A stretch of DNA of 64,000 nucleotides. Source: Akkermansiaceae bacterium (GTDB lineage Bacteria; Verrucomicrobiota; Verrucomicrobiia; Verrucomicrobiales; Akkermansiaceae). Each line of letters opens with the position of its first letter. The first letter of the stretch is position 1. The translations under genes were made by a program, and so were the position numbers. The stretch is from positions 1 to 64,000 of the forward strand of contig JBPOGF010000004.1 of the NCBI GenBank assembly GCA_051251915.1, written 5' to 3'. Of this stretch, positions 19,529 to 29,281 are shown in pieces. The notes under the pieces were generated by a model. The model worked only from the letters and a program-made list of their open reading frames with translations. It searched no databases and was not told the origin of the DNA.

Positions 19529-20413
19529 TTGAAGAAAATAGGGATAACTTTAGGAGATCAAGCTGGAATTGGTCCAGAAATTGTTGCCGCTGCGCTTTCT
19601 GATCCTCGATTGGCCGAATGGTTTCCAGGTGATGTGGAGTTCCGCATTGTTGGCGAGCGGATTAATGCAGTTCTTGGTCAGCCGGATATAGCTTCTGCGC
19701 AGGCTGCACTGGATGCATTGGAGGAGAGTGTGAGGTTGGTGAAGGCTGGTGAGATAGATGCGATTGTTACGGCGCCTGTTGCTAAAGAGGGTTTGCATAA
19801 GGTGGGGTTTGATTTCCCTGGGCAGACGGAGTTTTTTGCTGATAGGCTTAAGTGTGATGACCATGCGATGTGTTTGACTGGTGCTAAATTGACGGTTGCG
19901 TTGGTGACTATCCATGTTCCTATTTCGACTGTCTCGGGTTCTTTGAAAGAGAGTGAGATTGTGCGGGTTGGGAATCTATTGGAGAAATTTTGTCGTCAGA
20001 AGAGGAAATCTACTGGACGAGAGGGGGAGCCGAGGATTGCGGTGTGTGGGTTGAATCCGCATGCTGGTGAGAGTGGTGCATTTGGGAGTGAGGATGAGGA
20101 GATAGTGGCACCGGCTATTGCGAAATTAAACGAAGCTGGGGGTAAGGTTTTTAGTGGGCCGCATCCGGCTGATACTATTTTTAAACCTGCTTCTGAGGGT
20201 GAGTATGATGCGGTGCTATGTATGTATCATGATCAGGGATTGATTCCGCTTAAGCTGTTAGATTTTGCTACTGGTGTGAATACTACGCTGGGGCTTAGTC
20301 ATCCGCGGACTAGTCCAGATCATGGAACTGCGTTTGACATTGCGGGCAAAGGTTTAGCTGACCACGAGTCTATGCTCCACGCCATTAAGCTGGCAGTGGA
20401 GCTTGCCGTCTAA
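19529..20413 (+). CDS. pdxA: 4-hydroxythreonine-4-phosphate dehydrogenase
   Basis: 'GDQAGIGPE', 'GLNPHAGE', 'MYHDQG', 'RTSPDHGTAFDIAG'. Confidence 0.93.
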   Translation: MKKIGITLGDQAGIGPEIVAAALSDPRLAEWFPGDVEFRIVGERINAVLGQPDIASAQAALDALEESVRLVKAGEIDAIVTAPVAKEGLHKVGFDFPGQTEFFADRLKCDDHAMCLTGAKLTVALVTIHVPISTVSGSLKESEIVRVGNLLEKFCRQKRKSTGREGEPRIAVCGLNPHAGESGAFGSEDEEIVAPAIAKLNEAGGKVFSGPHPADTIFKPASEGEYDAVLCMYHDQGLIPLKLLDFATGVNTTLGLSHPRTSPDHGTAFDIAGKGLADHESMLHAIKLAVELAV

Positions 20414-20416
20414 GCT

Positions 20417-21331
20417 TTAGTAAAGCTGCGGGACGTAAATTTCAGCGGGGACTGGGCTGCGGGAGTAGTCATCGTGATGGACTCTGCTGGGGAGATCGAC
20501 GATTTCACGTTCTACGTGTTGGTAAGGGACTTGGCTGAGGAAGTGTGAGATGCAGTTCAGTCTGGCGCGTTTTTTGCAATCGGCGCGAACCACGCGCCAT
20601 GGTGCGGAGGCGTGATTGGTGTGTTTGAACATTTCTTCTTTAGCGACGGTGTATTCTTCCCAGCGTTTACGTGATTCTAGATCCATTGGGGAGAGTTTCC
20701 ATTGTTTGAGTGGGTCATGGTTTCTGCATTCGAAGCGGAATTGTTGTTCGGTGTCCGAAATGGAGAACCAGTATTTGATGAGTCTGATGCCTGAGCCTAT
20801 GAGCATGTTTTCAAAGTCTGGGACGGTGCGAAAGAACTCTTGGTATTCTTCTTCGGAGCAGAAGCCCATGACGCGTTCGACGCCGGCTCGGTTGTACCAT
20901 GATCGGTCGAACAGGACGATCTCGCCAGCAGCGGGGAGATGCTCGACGTAGCGTTGGAAATACCATTGAGTTTTCTCACGTGAGTTAGGTGCGGGGAGTG
21001 CTGCGACTCTGCAAATTCTGGGATTCATGCGCTGGGTCATGCGCTTGATGACGCTGCCTTTGCCGGCTGAGTCTCGGCCCTCGAAAAGGACTACGATTTT
21101 TTCACCGGTTTTGACGACCCAGTCTTGTAGTTTTACAAGCTCAACTTGAAGGCGGTAGAGTTCTTTGAAGTAGGTTCTTCGAAACGTGCGCATTTCATCG
21201 CCGTCTAGATCGCCATGGGGCATGTTTTCTTCATCATACTCGCCGAACTCCATTTCGAGTTCTTCATCAAATTGATCAATATAATCCTCGCGGATACGGG
21301 CGAAATTTTCTTTCAGGGTCTGCGGTTCCAT
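20417..21331 (-). CDS. ppk2: polyphosphate kinase 2
   Basis: 'FEGRDSAGKG', 'FDRSWYNRAGVERVMGF', 'WKLSPMD'. Confidence 0.96.
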   Translation of the reverse strand: MEPQTLKENFARIREDYIDQFDEELEMEFGEYDEENMPHGDLDGDEMRTFRRTYFKELYRLQVELVKLQDWVVKTGEKIVVLFEGRDSAGKGSVIKRMTQRMNPRICRVAALPAPNSREKTQWYFQRYVEHLPAAGEIVLFDRSWYNRAGVERVMGFCSEEEYQEFFRTVPDFENMLIGSGIRLIKYWFSISDTEQQFRFECRNHDPLKQWKLSPMDLESRKRWEEYTVAKEEMFKHTNHASAPWRVVRADCKKRARLNCISHFLSQVPYQHVEREIVDLPSRVHHDDYSRSPVPAEIYVPQLY

Positions 21332-21623
21332 ATATCTAACTCCTAGCAGAAACTAGGTGAAATGTCCCGTGACAGTTTCGTCACTGAGTTGGTGGAATGA
21401 TTTCCTATTGGGTGAAATTTAAGATCTCATGGTCAGGCCCGGTATTTACCAAGGGGACCAGTTTTGATATAGCGGAAAAAGGTATGGAGGGTTATGTATT
21501 AGTGATGCATGAGGTGGAGTTGGAATTGGTAAAATAGTGTCGGTTGTGTTATGGTGGGGTATCAGAGACAACTCGTCGTGGGGCTTTGTCTGATGAATCA
21601 TCAAACTTATACTAAATTTAATA

Positions 21624-22400
21624 ATGAATCTAAAAATGAAGTTCCCAGTTGTTGCTCTGATTAAGAGAGCGGTTTTAAGTTTTTCTTTGGTTTTGTTTTC
21701 TGGCTGGTTAGGGACGGCTAGTGCGGATGAGGATAGGGCGGGTGGGCTTACGGTTCTGATTACGGGAGCGAACCGTGGTATAGGTTTAGAGTTTGCTAAG
21801 CAATATGAAGCTGCTGGCTATGATGTGATAGGTACTGCGAGGAAGCCAGATGCTGCTGCTGATCTGAAGGCGACTGGTGCGCAAGTGGTGAAGCTGGATG
21901 TTACTAGTGATGAGGATATAGCTGGTCTTGTGAAGACTTTGGATGGTAAAAAAGTGGATATTCTTATTAATAATGCGGGGTATATGGATCGTGAATTGAG
22001 CAGGGATGCTCTGGAGCGGTGTTATGCTGTGAATGCAGCAGGGCCACTTCTGTTAGCCAATGCTTTGATTCCTAATTTGAAGTTATCGAGGGAGGCTAAG
22101 ATCGTTAATATTTCATCACGGTTGGGGATAATAAGTAATACGCGTGGGAGTTATCCGGCGTATTCGATGAGTAAGGCAGCATTGAATATGGCTACTCGCC
22201 AGCTTCATTCTCAGCTTGGCAAGGAGGGAGTGATCGTGGTTTCTATGGGGCCTGGACATAATCAGACTGATATGGGCGGGGCGGGTGCTCCGCAGAAGCC
22301 GGAGGATAGTGTGAAGCTGATGATGGGTGTGATAGGGAAATTGACAAAGGAGCAATCTGGGAGGTTTTGGTATAGGGATGGTACTGAGCTAGCTTGGTGA
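21624..22400 (+). CDS. SDR family oxidoreductase (CsgA/C-factor-like) with signal peptide
   Basis: 'TGANRGIG', 'INNAG', 'YSMSK'. Confidence 0.9.
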   Translation: MNLKMKFPVVALIKRAVLSFSLVLFSGWLGTASADEDRAGGLTVLITGANRGIGLEFAKQYEAAGYDVIGTARKPDAAADLKATGAQVVKLDVTSDEDIAGLVKTLDGKKVDILINNAGYMDRELSRDALERCYAVNAAGPLLLANALIPNLKLSREAKIVNISSRLGIISNTRGSYPAYSMSKAALNMATRQLHSQLGKEGVIVVSMGPGHNQTDMGGAGAPQKPEDSVKLMMGVIGKLTKEQSGRFWYRDGTELAW

Positions 22401-22482
22401 GTTAGCTTGGTGATGGAGCGAATGGGGGAGGTAGTTGTATTTTTTTCTTTCTGTAAGGATTTTGGTTATTTATCGTATAGAG

Positions 22483-24036
22483 ATGATGCAACAAAACCTA
22501 TATTACACTTTTGTTTTAACTAGTTCGATCACTTCATTTGCTTGTGCTGATGATGCATGGGTGATTGATAGCCATGATGAATGGGAGAAAGCGACGAGCG
22601 CTCAGAAGGGCTTGGCGTTTGCTGAGGGGATGGCTGAGCCTGCTGGAAAGGAAGCTACTTTTCAGAGTGTGCTGAAGCGGTTTGAGACGAAGCGTTCGGT
22701 TAAGAGTATTTCGATTGCTCAGTCGCCGAATTGGTTGAACTGGGAGGAGACTCCAAACATAGGTACAGCAAGTATGGCGGATGCGCCGGTGTTGTTGAGT
22801 CTAGGGGAGAATAATCATTGGATGTTTGCTAGGTATAAAGCTCCTGGTTCAGAATCGCAAAAAGGTAAGAAGGATAAGAAGGGGGGTGAGGAGAAAGTTG
22901 AGGTTGTTGAAGAGGTGTTTGTTCCTGAGGAGGTGAAGTTGGAGGGGTTTGATGTGAAGTTGTTGTCGACGCCTGTTGCAAATGAGTTTACGGCACCTGG
23001 TGGTTTGGAGAAAAATATGGGTGGTTATCATGCGTGGCAAAGCCGAGATATGAAGAATTGGGTTCGTCATGGATCTGTAACTGAGAAGTTTTCTAAATGG
23101 ATGACGACAGCGGAATATGTAGATGGTAAGTTCCAGTTTTATTATGATTTTCCGAATGACCAGGACCCGCATGTTTATGTGGATGAAGATTTAACTGATG
23201 GGAAGCCTGGGAAGAATATGGGGATGGCATTTAAAGATCCATCGCATGGATCTGATGTGGGAATGATTCGTGATCTTGAAGGTAAGTTTCATGTGATTTA
23301 TGAGGACTGGAGCCCGATTAAGGCGAGTGCTCGTGCTTGGGATTCTCCGTTGGCGGGGCATGCTGTGAGTGAAGATGGGTTGAAGGATTTCAAGATTGTG
23401 GATGCGGCGGTGGATTTGAGGACTAAGCCTACTGGGAAAATAGGGACGTATAAGCACCCTCACTGGGCAAAGGAGGATCCTAAGAATTATAAGACGAATG
23501 TGGCTGAGTATGAAATCCATAGTCCTGAGCAACCGGCATTTGGTGACTGGGCGGCGATTAGTGTGGGTGGGCAGTATTATCTCTTCGGGGATTATGATAA
23601 ATCACATGGTGAGCCGATGAGTGTGGGGATGTTTACTTCATCTAGTATTGATAAGCAGTTTACGTTTTTTGGTAGTATTGGGAGAGGGCATCCTGATCCG
23701 GATGTTTGCTTTGCTGATGGTAAGTTTTATCTAGCGACTCAGCAAAAGTTGGATTTTGTGAGTGATGGGCCGTGGGTTGAGTCTGTGGAGGTGCGTGCTG
23801 GGGTGGATACGGATAATGATGCAACGATAGATCAATGGAGTGAGTGGCAAATGGTGAAAGAGGCTTATGCTTATACGCCGGGATTTGCTAAGCAGGTGAA
23901 GAAGACTGCGGCGGAGATGGATCTTTCTAAGTTGCCAGAGGGTTATGGGTTCCAGTTTGAGCTTCGTTTGAAGGACACTACTGAGAATCAATCTAAGCCG
24001 ATTTTGGATAAGGTGACGGTGGAATTTGGTGAATAG
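22483..24036 (+). CDS. secreted protein, possible five-bladed beta-propeller glycoside hydrolase-like
   Basis: Signal peptide; 'MADAP', 'WQSRDMKNW', 'HPDPD.CFADGKFYL' recall GH43/GH32-clan blades. Confidence 0.5.
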   Translation: MMQQNLYYTFVLTSSITSFACADDAWVIDSHDEWEKATSAQKGLAFAEGMAEPAGKEATFQSVLKRFETKRSVKSISIAQSPNWLNWEETPNIGTASMADAPVLLSLGENNHWMFARYKAPGSESQKGKKDKKGGEEKVEVVEEVFVPEEVKLEGFDVKLLSTPVANEFTAPGGLEKNMGGYHAWQSRDMKNWVRHGSVTEKFSKWMTTAEYVDGKFQFYYDFPNDQDPHVYVDEDLTDGKPGKNMGMAFKDPSHGSDVGMIRDLEGKFHVIYEDWSPIKASARAWDSPLAGHAVSEDGLKDFKIVDAAVDLRTKPTGKIGTYKHPHWAKEDPKNYKTNVAEYEIHSPEQPAFGDWAAISVGGQYYLFGDYDKSHGEPMSVGMFTSSSIDKQFTFFGSIGRGHPDPDVCFADGKFYLATQQKLDFVSDGPWVESVEVRAGVDTDNDATIDQWSEWQMVKEAYAYTPGFAKQVKKTAAEMDLSKLPEGYGFQFELRLKDTTENQSKPILDKVTVEFGE

Positions 24037-24051
24037 CTGGATTGGTATATC

Positions 24052-24519
24052 ATGATCCCGTTTTCAGAGAGAGCAGTAGAAGGGGTGTATGACTCGTATC
24101 CTGAGAGTGTGCGGTCTGCTATGTTCGCTCTGCGGGATCTTATTTATACTAGTGCCCAAAAGTTAGGGGGAGCGGGTGGTATAATGGAATCACTGAAGTG
24201 GGGGGAGCCTAGTTATAAGAGTAGGAGTGGATCAGCTTTGAGGATTCATTGGAAAAGAGGTGATCCTGAGTTTTTTAGGATGTTCTTCCATTGCCAGACG
24301 AGTTTGGTGGAGACATTTCGTGAGATATATCCTGATGTTTTTGATTACGAGGGGAACCGAGCGATTAGGTTTAAGGTGGGTGATGAGATTGATTTAGTTA
24401 GCTTGGGGCATTGTGTGGAATTGGCTTTGAGTTACCATTCAATTAAGCACTTGCCGAGGCTGGGAGTGAATGAGATATTAGCGAACACCCAAATGAAGAA
24501 AAATGATGAGATTTCCTAA
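24052..24519 (+). CDS. DUF1801 domain protein
   Basis: 'LRDLI', 'ESLKWGEPSY', 'FHCQTSLVETFR', 'YEGNRAI'. Confidence 0.8.
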   Translation: MIPFSERAVEGVYDSYPESVRSAMFALRDLIYTSAQKLGGAGGIMESLKWGEPSYKSRSGSALRIHWKRGDPEFFRMFFHCQTSLVETFREIYPDVFDYEGNRAIRFKVGDEIDLVSLGHCVELALSYHSIKHLPRLGVNEILANTQMKKNDEIS

Positions 24520-25228
24520 TTTTAAGATGAGTCAGTTGATGATGTTGTTTGCGGCGTCTGCTTCTTTAGCATTCGCTAAAGAGACTAAACGTGAGTTGCT
24601 TTATCAGGATGATTTTAGTGGTGATTTGTCTCAGTGGGTGGTGGAGCAAGTGGAAGGGGGCACGACAAAGGTGCATGGTGGTCAGCTGGAGATCAATGAT
24701 GCTAAGGGGTGCACGGTTTGGTTTAAAGAGAAGTTGGGTGGGCCGATCATGATTGAGTATGATGCGGTGATGGTGAAGCGTGGTGGAGAGTATGATAGGG
24801 TGAGTGATCTGAATTGTTTTTGGATGGCGGTAGATCCTAAGAATCCTGAGGATTTGTTTGCGGATAAAGGGCGAGGGGGTGTGTTTCCGAATTATCATCC
24901 GTTGAGGCTTTATTACATGGGATATGGGGCGAATAAGAATACGACGACTAGGTTCCGTAGATATCCTGGAGGTGGGGAGCGGCCGGTGTTGCCTGAGCAT
25001 GATTTACGCGATAAGAAGTATACGCATGTTCCTAATAAGGTGCTGAAGGTTAAGATTATTGCTGATGGGGAGACGATTCAGTATTGGCGTGATGGGGAGA
25101 AGGTTATTGATTTTGAGGATAAAAATCCATTCACGGAAGGTTGGTTTGGGTTTAGAACGGTGAGGAATCATATGAGAATCGATAATTTCCGAGTGTATCG
25201 ATTAGTTCGTGCTGAGAAAAGTAAGTAG
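24503..25228 (+). CDS. DUF6250/YesU-like (concanavalin-fold) secreted protein
   Basis: 'LLYQDDFS', 'SDLNCFWMA.DP', 'GYGAN.NTTTRFRRY', 'GWFGFRT'. Confidence 0.7.
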   Translation: MMRFPNFKMSQLMMLFAASASLAFAKETKRELLYQDDFSGDLSQWVVEQVEGGTTKVHGGQLEINDAKGCTVWFKEKLGGPIMIEYDAVMVKRGGEYDRVSDLNCFWMAVDPKNPEDLFADKGRGGVFPNYHPLRLYYMGYGANKNTTTRFRRYPGGGERPVLPEHDLRDKKYTHVPNKVLKVKIIADGETIQYWRDGEKVIDFEDKNPFTEGWFGFRTVRNHMRIDNFRVYRLVRAEKSK

Positions 25229-25303
25229 GATGGGCGGAAAATGTCATTTTGAGCTAAATGATGGCTTTACAAGTGACTAAATTACTATCATGTTCCTGCG
25301 CTC

Positions 25304-25867
25304 ATGACAATTTTAGCAGAAACAGCCGGTTGGAACTCAATCATTACGAACGTGCTACTCGTAGTACACGTGGTAGTATGTCTACTTTTATGCCTGACGG
25401 TGCTGATGCAACGTCCTAAGCAGGAAGGTTTAGGCGCGGCGTTCGGTGGCGGTATGACCGATCAAGCATTTGGTGCGCGCACCACTGACGTTCTTCAGAA
25501 AGGCACAGTTTATCTGGCTTCTATTCTGTTTATTGTGACATTGGTTCTTTCGATCTTAGTGGGGACGAAGTCACGTAACTCCTCCATTTCTGATGAATTG
25601 GAAGCTAGTGGAGCTACAGCGATAGAAGAAAATGGTGATGCAGCGGCAGATGCAGCAGCGGCGGCGGTAGAGGAAGTAGAGGAAGTAGAGGAAGTAGAGG
25701 AAGTAGAGGAAGAGGATCTTTCAGCAGCAGTTGAGGAAGTGACTGGTGAGACTGAAGAAGAAGGCGCTACACCGACACCAGAAGGAACACCTGCACCTGA
25801 AGCTCCAACACCTGCACCAGCACCGGAAGAGACTCCGGCACCGGAGGAGCCTACAACTGATCAGTAA
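25304..25867 (+). CDS. secG: preprotein translocase subunit SecG with long acidic C-terminal tail
   Basis: 'VLMQRPKQEGLGAAFGGG...FGARTTDVLQKGT'. Confidence 0.92.
   Translation: MTILAETAGWNSIITNVLLVVHVVVCLLLCLTVLMQRPKQEGLGAAFGGGMTDQAFGARTTDVLQKGTVYLASILFIVTLVLSILVGTKSRNSSISDELEASGATAIEENGDAAADAAAAAVEEVEEVEEVEEVEEEDLSAAVEEVTGETEEEGATPTPEGTPAPEAPTPAPAPEETPAPEEPTTDQ
25667..25711 (+). repeat. perfect 9-bp tandem repeat (GTAGAGGAA)x5, encoding (VEE)5 in secG
   Basis: Read directly from the sequence. Confidence 0.95.
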
Positions 25868-25897
25868 TCTGATGAATCCTGTGCCAAGGTATTAGAA

Positions 25898-27094
25898 ATG
25901 GCTGATGAACAACACGCGCCAGTATGGGCTAGAGAGGAAGCATTTCCTCAGAAGCCAGTATCTGGTGCTTCTTCTTTTTACGGGTTCGTAGATACTAAGG
26001 GAAATGAGGTTTCTGCTGAGAGTATAGACGAGCTGGTAGAGAAAATTAACAAGACTAGAAGTGGTGTGGATCTGGTCTGGACGCCGGAGAAAGAATCACT
26101 TCAGGCACCTGAAGAGGTGGTGGAACTGAGAGATACGTTGTGGAAAAGGCGTAGCCATTGGGCAGAAGGAGACTTCGCAGATGGCAAGCGGATGTGTTGG
26201 TTATTTGGAGCTGTGATGCTGTGGTATCTCTATGCAGGATATCGCAATACGAATGGTGATATTGTGAAAGCCTTGCTGTCTCCATCTTTGGGGATTAGTG
26301 GGATTTTACTGCTGATCTTTGGCTTGATGCCTCTGTATGAGGGCTGGAAGACCTTGAGGAAAGGGAAGCCTGGGAGTGATGAGGAATGGCAGTCTGAGGC
26401 GGATGAATCTAGATTTGATAGTTGGTTGTCTAGGCAGAAAGTACCGGCAACATTTTTCCTCATGGCGGTAATGATAGCGTCTGGGCTGATACAGCTTTAT
26501 TTAGAGCGAGGCTTAGACTGGTCTGCGCTCAGTGTGGACCGGGCGGGGCTACTGAAGCGTGGAGATGTGGAGTGGTGGAGGTTTTTAACTGCACCATTTC
26601 TTCATGGGAATTTACTTCACTGGGTGATGAATGCTGGGGCGATTTTGTATCTTGGTCGCAGGGTTGAGTTACTCGCAAGATGGCCGCACGTGATTATTGT
26701 GATGTTTGGTTCCGCGTGGGTGGGAGGTCTTGCTACTAGTCAATTTATGAGCAAGCCGAGTGTTGGAGCTAGTGGTGGGATTATGGGGCTGTTAGGCTTT
26801 CTGTTAGTCTTTGAGACGATGCATACTCGCTTGGTGCCTAAGTCCTCTCGGAGGAGGTTGTTGGCGGGTGTGATTGTTACCGTGTTGATGGGGGGACTGG
26901 GTTTCCAGTTTATTGATAACGCAGCTCATGCAGGCGGATTGATTGCGGGGATGGGCTACGCTTGGATAGTATTTCCGCTTTCTAAGTCGCCCCGCAGGCC
27001 ATCGATCTTGAGGCAAGACCGATGGATAGCTACCGCGATGGCGGGGATTATTTTGGGAGGGTTGGTGTTAGTTTATACTAAGCTGATCGTTTGA
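25898..27094 (+). CDS. rhomboid family intramembrane serine protease
   Basis: 'WWRFLTAPFLH..LLHWVMN', catalytic 'GASG' and 'AHAGG'. Confidence 0.92.
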   Translation: MADEQHAPVWAREEAFPQKPVSGASSFYGFVDTKGNEVSAESIDELVEKINKTRSGVDLVWTPEKESLQAPEEVVELRDTLWKRRSHWAEGDFADGKRMCWLFGAVMLWYLYAGYRNTNGDIVKALLSPSLGISGILLLIFGLMPLYEGWKTLRKGKPGSDEEWQSEADESRFDSWLSRQKVPATFFLMAVMIASGLIQLYLERGLDWSALSVDRAGLLKRGDVEWWRFLTAPFLHGNLLHWVMNAGAILYLGRRVELLARWPHVIIVMFGSAWVGGLATSQFMSKPSVGASGGIMGLLGFLLVFETMHTRLVPKSSRRRLLAGVIVTVLMGGLGFQFIDNAAHAGGLIAGMGYAWIVFPLSKSPRRPSILRQDRWIATAMAGIILGGLVLVYTKLIV

Positions 27095-27107
27095 TCTAGC
27101 CCAATGA

Positions 27108-28931
27108 TTACCATTCAACGGTGATGCCTGCGAAGGCGCCTAGGCGGCGCGCAGGGGAGTCTCCTGGGCCGAAGCTGGAGGTGAAATCTACGTGACTGTA
27201 TTCTGTGTCTGTTAGATTTTCAATTCTGCCGTGAAGCTTGATGTAGTCGTTGAGTTGGTAGCTGCTGAAAGCGCGCACGATGAGGGCATCACTGAGGTTG
27301 TTGCCTCCGTAGCTGCGTTGGTCGAGGTACTTAGCGCCGAGACCGAATTGTAGCTTATCGCTGGCTTTAAATACTACTTGAGCATTGAGTTGTTGCTCTG
27401 GTTGACCGGCGAAGGATTTATCTAGCCAGGTGTAGTTTACGAGGTAGTCGACCTGGTCGGTGAGTTCACCATTGACGGCGGCTGTGATGCCACTGGCTTT
27501 TGACTTGCCAGGGGTGTTGGTATAGCTAGTGAAAGAGCTGTTGAGCTGGATGGCATCTTCGATTTCTGTCTCAAAGAATGTGAGTGAGCTGGTGTGCTTG
27601 TCTGTGATTTTCTGAGTGATGCTGATGTCCCATCCTAGGCTAGTTTCTGGGTCTAAATCAGGATTTCCTGCGATCCCACCAGGGCTGTAGAGCTGGATGA
27701 GTGTGGGGGTGTTAAATCCTGTTCCTATGTTGGCTCTGAGCTGAGTGTTCTTCTCATTGAGTTGATAGAGAACGCCAGTTTTCCATGAAGTGTGGGAGCC
27801 GAATGATTGGTAATTTTCATGTCTGACACCAGCATCGATGGTTAGGTTCTCTAATTCGTAGGCGTGGTTTAAATAGGCTGCTGTGTAGTGATCCTTTTTG
27901 TTGATGGGGTTGAAGCTGCCGTTGTTGGAGTAGTCTTGGTTTTCGTATTCTGCGCCGAAGTTGACGGAGCCTGTGTCTGAGTATTGGTAGGCATTTTCTG
28001 AGCTGATTCCAAACTGGTCGTAGTTGACATCAAAGTTACTGAACTCCGTGTTTTCTAACAGGTAGCTAAAGGTAAGTTTTGAGCGTAGGGAATCTGTTAT
28101 TTGGTAGTCCGCGTAGAGGCTGTTGAGGTAGAATTGGCTCTCAGTGTGGCTGCCTCCGTATTGTGGAGTCTCGTAGGTGCTGTCACTGATGCGTGAGGTG
28201 AAGCCGATGGATAGATCTTCATGAACATCGTAATCTAGTCTGAGTGCTGAATTTATTCGTACAGAATCGTTATCAAAGCCACCTGCTTCTGAGTTATCGC
28301 CGTAGGTGTCATTGTCGGTAGTTTCGTATTTCGTAGAGAGGTAGTAGCTGAGTTTTTTCCATCTGCCGCCTTGTACGTTTTCTAGCGAGAGGGAGTTAAA
28401 CGATCCAGCCTCAAGAGAGCTGCTATTTTTCATGCCTTGGTATCCTCGCTGGGTGGTGAGGTTGACGACTCCACCGCTGCTACCACCACCGAATAATGCG
28501 GATTGGGGGCCTTGGAGGAGCTCTACTTTGGCGAGTCCAGTCATTGGGCTGTTGCCGGCGAAGATGTCTAGGTTACCTAGTCTACGGGTGAAGCGCACGC
28601 CATCGACTCTGAGTTGGGTGTCCTGTGGACGAAGGCCGCGGAGGCGGATTCCTTGGATAGATCCTGATTGGCTGGAGCTGGAAATGGCAACTCCTGGGAG
28701 CTGTTCCAGAGCGGTGGTTAGATCTAGAATGCCTAGTGATCTGAGGGCATCTGGTTCTAGTGAGTAGAGGGTAGCTGTGGTGGAATTGGGCGCTTGGAGG
28801 GCTCTTCTGGCTACAGCAGTAGTGGATGCTAGTTCTTCTATTTGAAGGGTGGCGTCTTGTTGAGCTAAGGCAGGAAAGACGGATGTGCTAATGATGGCAG
28901 TGATAACTGCTTTTCTTTGTATGTGGTTCAT
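27108..28931 (-). CDS. TonB-dependent receptor, BtuB-like (cobalamin uptake)
   Basis: Plug motifs 'LPGV', 'IRLRG', 'VDGV', 'VELLQGPQSALFG..GGVVNL'; C-terminal Trp; riboswitch upstream. Confidence 0.88.
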   Translation of the reverse strand: MNHIQRKAVITAIISTSVFPALAQQDATLQIEELASTTAVARRALQAPNSTTATLYSLEPDALRSLGILDLTTALEQLPGVAISSSSQSGSIQGIRLRGLRPQDTQLRVDGVRFTRRLGNLDIFAGNSPMTGLAKVELLQGPQSALFGGGSSGGVVNLTTQRGYQGMKNSSSLEAGSFNSLSLENVQGGRWKKLSYYLSTKYETTDNDTYGDNSEAGGFDNDSVRINSALRLDYDVHEDLSIGFTSRISDSTYETPQYGGSHTESQFYLNSLYADYQITDSLRSKLTFSYLLENTEFSNFDVNYDQFGISSENAYQYSDTGSVNFGAEYENQDYSNNGSFNPINKKDHYTAAYLNHAYELENLTIDAGVRHENYQSFGSHTSWKTGVLYQLNEKNTQLRANIGTGFNTPTLIQLYSPGGIAGNPDLDPETSLGWDISITQKITDKHTSSLTFFETEIEDAIQLNSSFTSYTNTPGKSKASGITAAVNGELTDQVDYLVNYTWLDKSFAGQPEQQLNAQVVFKASDKLQFGLGAKYLDQRSYGGNNLSDALIVRAFSSYQLNDYIKLHGRIENLTDTEYSHVDFTSSFGPGDSPARRLGAFAGITVEW

Positions 28932-28985
28932 TTATGTTCTGTATGGATGCTTACCTGTAATTCCGCAGGTAAAGTGATCTCGCTG

Positions 28986-29123
28986 CTCAGGCTGGTGATC
29001 TGGCTTTACTTATTTTGTTAGTGACTAACTTGATAAGCTTACAGTGGCGGTACCGCTCCAGAATAGAATAAATTCGTCACTGGATTCTCCATCTACTAAT
29101 GTCCTTCCGAGGACGTCCTGAGA
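28986..29123 (-). promoter_or_regulatory. cobalamin riboswitch
   Basis: Minus strand reads TCAGG...GGAGAATCCAGTG...ATTCTGGAGCGGTACCGCCACTGTAA...AAGCCAGATCACCAGCCTGA (B12-box, GCCACTG core), directly upstream of the receptor gene. Confidence 0.88.
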
Positions 29124-29281
29124 GATGGGCGAGAGACTGGATGAAAATGTGGGAATAACAACCTCTAAGTTTGTTCAGATTCTTTTGCTGAATGAAGGTG
29201 AGGATAGATATGGCTTGAAATCTCTACGTTGAATTGCGAAGTTAACTATGAAACTATTATCAATTTAATAATAAGCTACCT

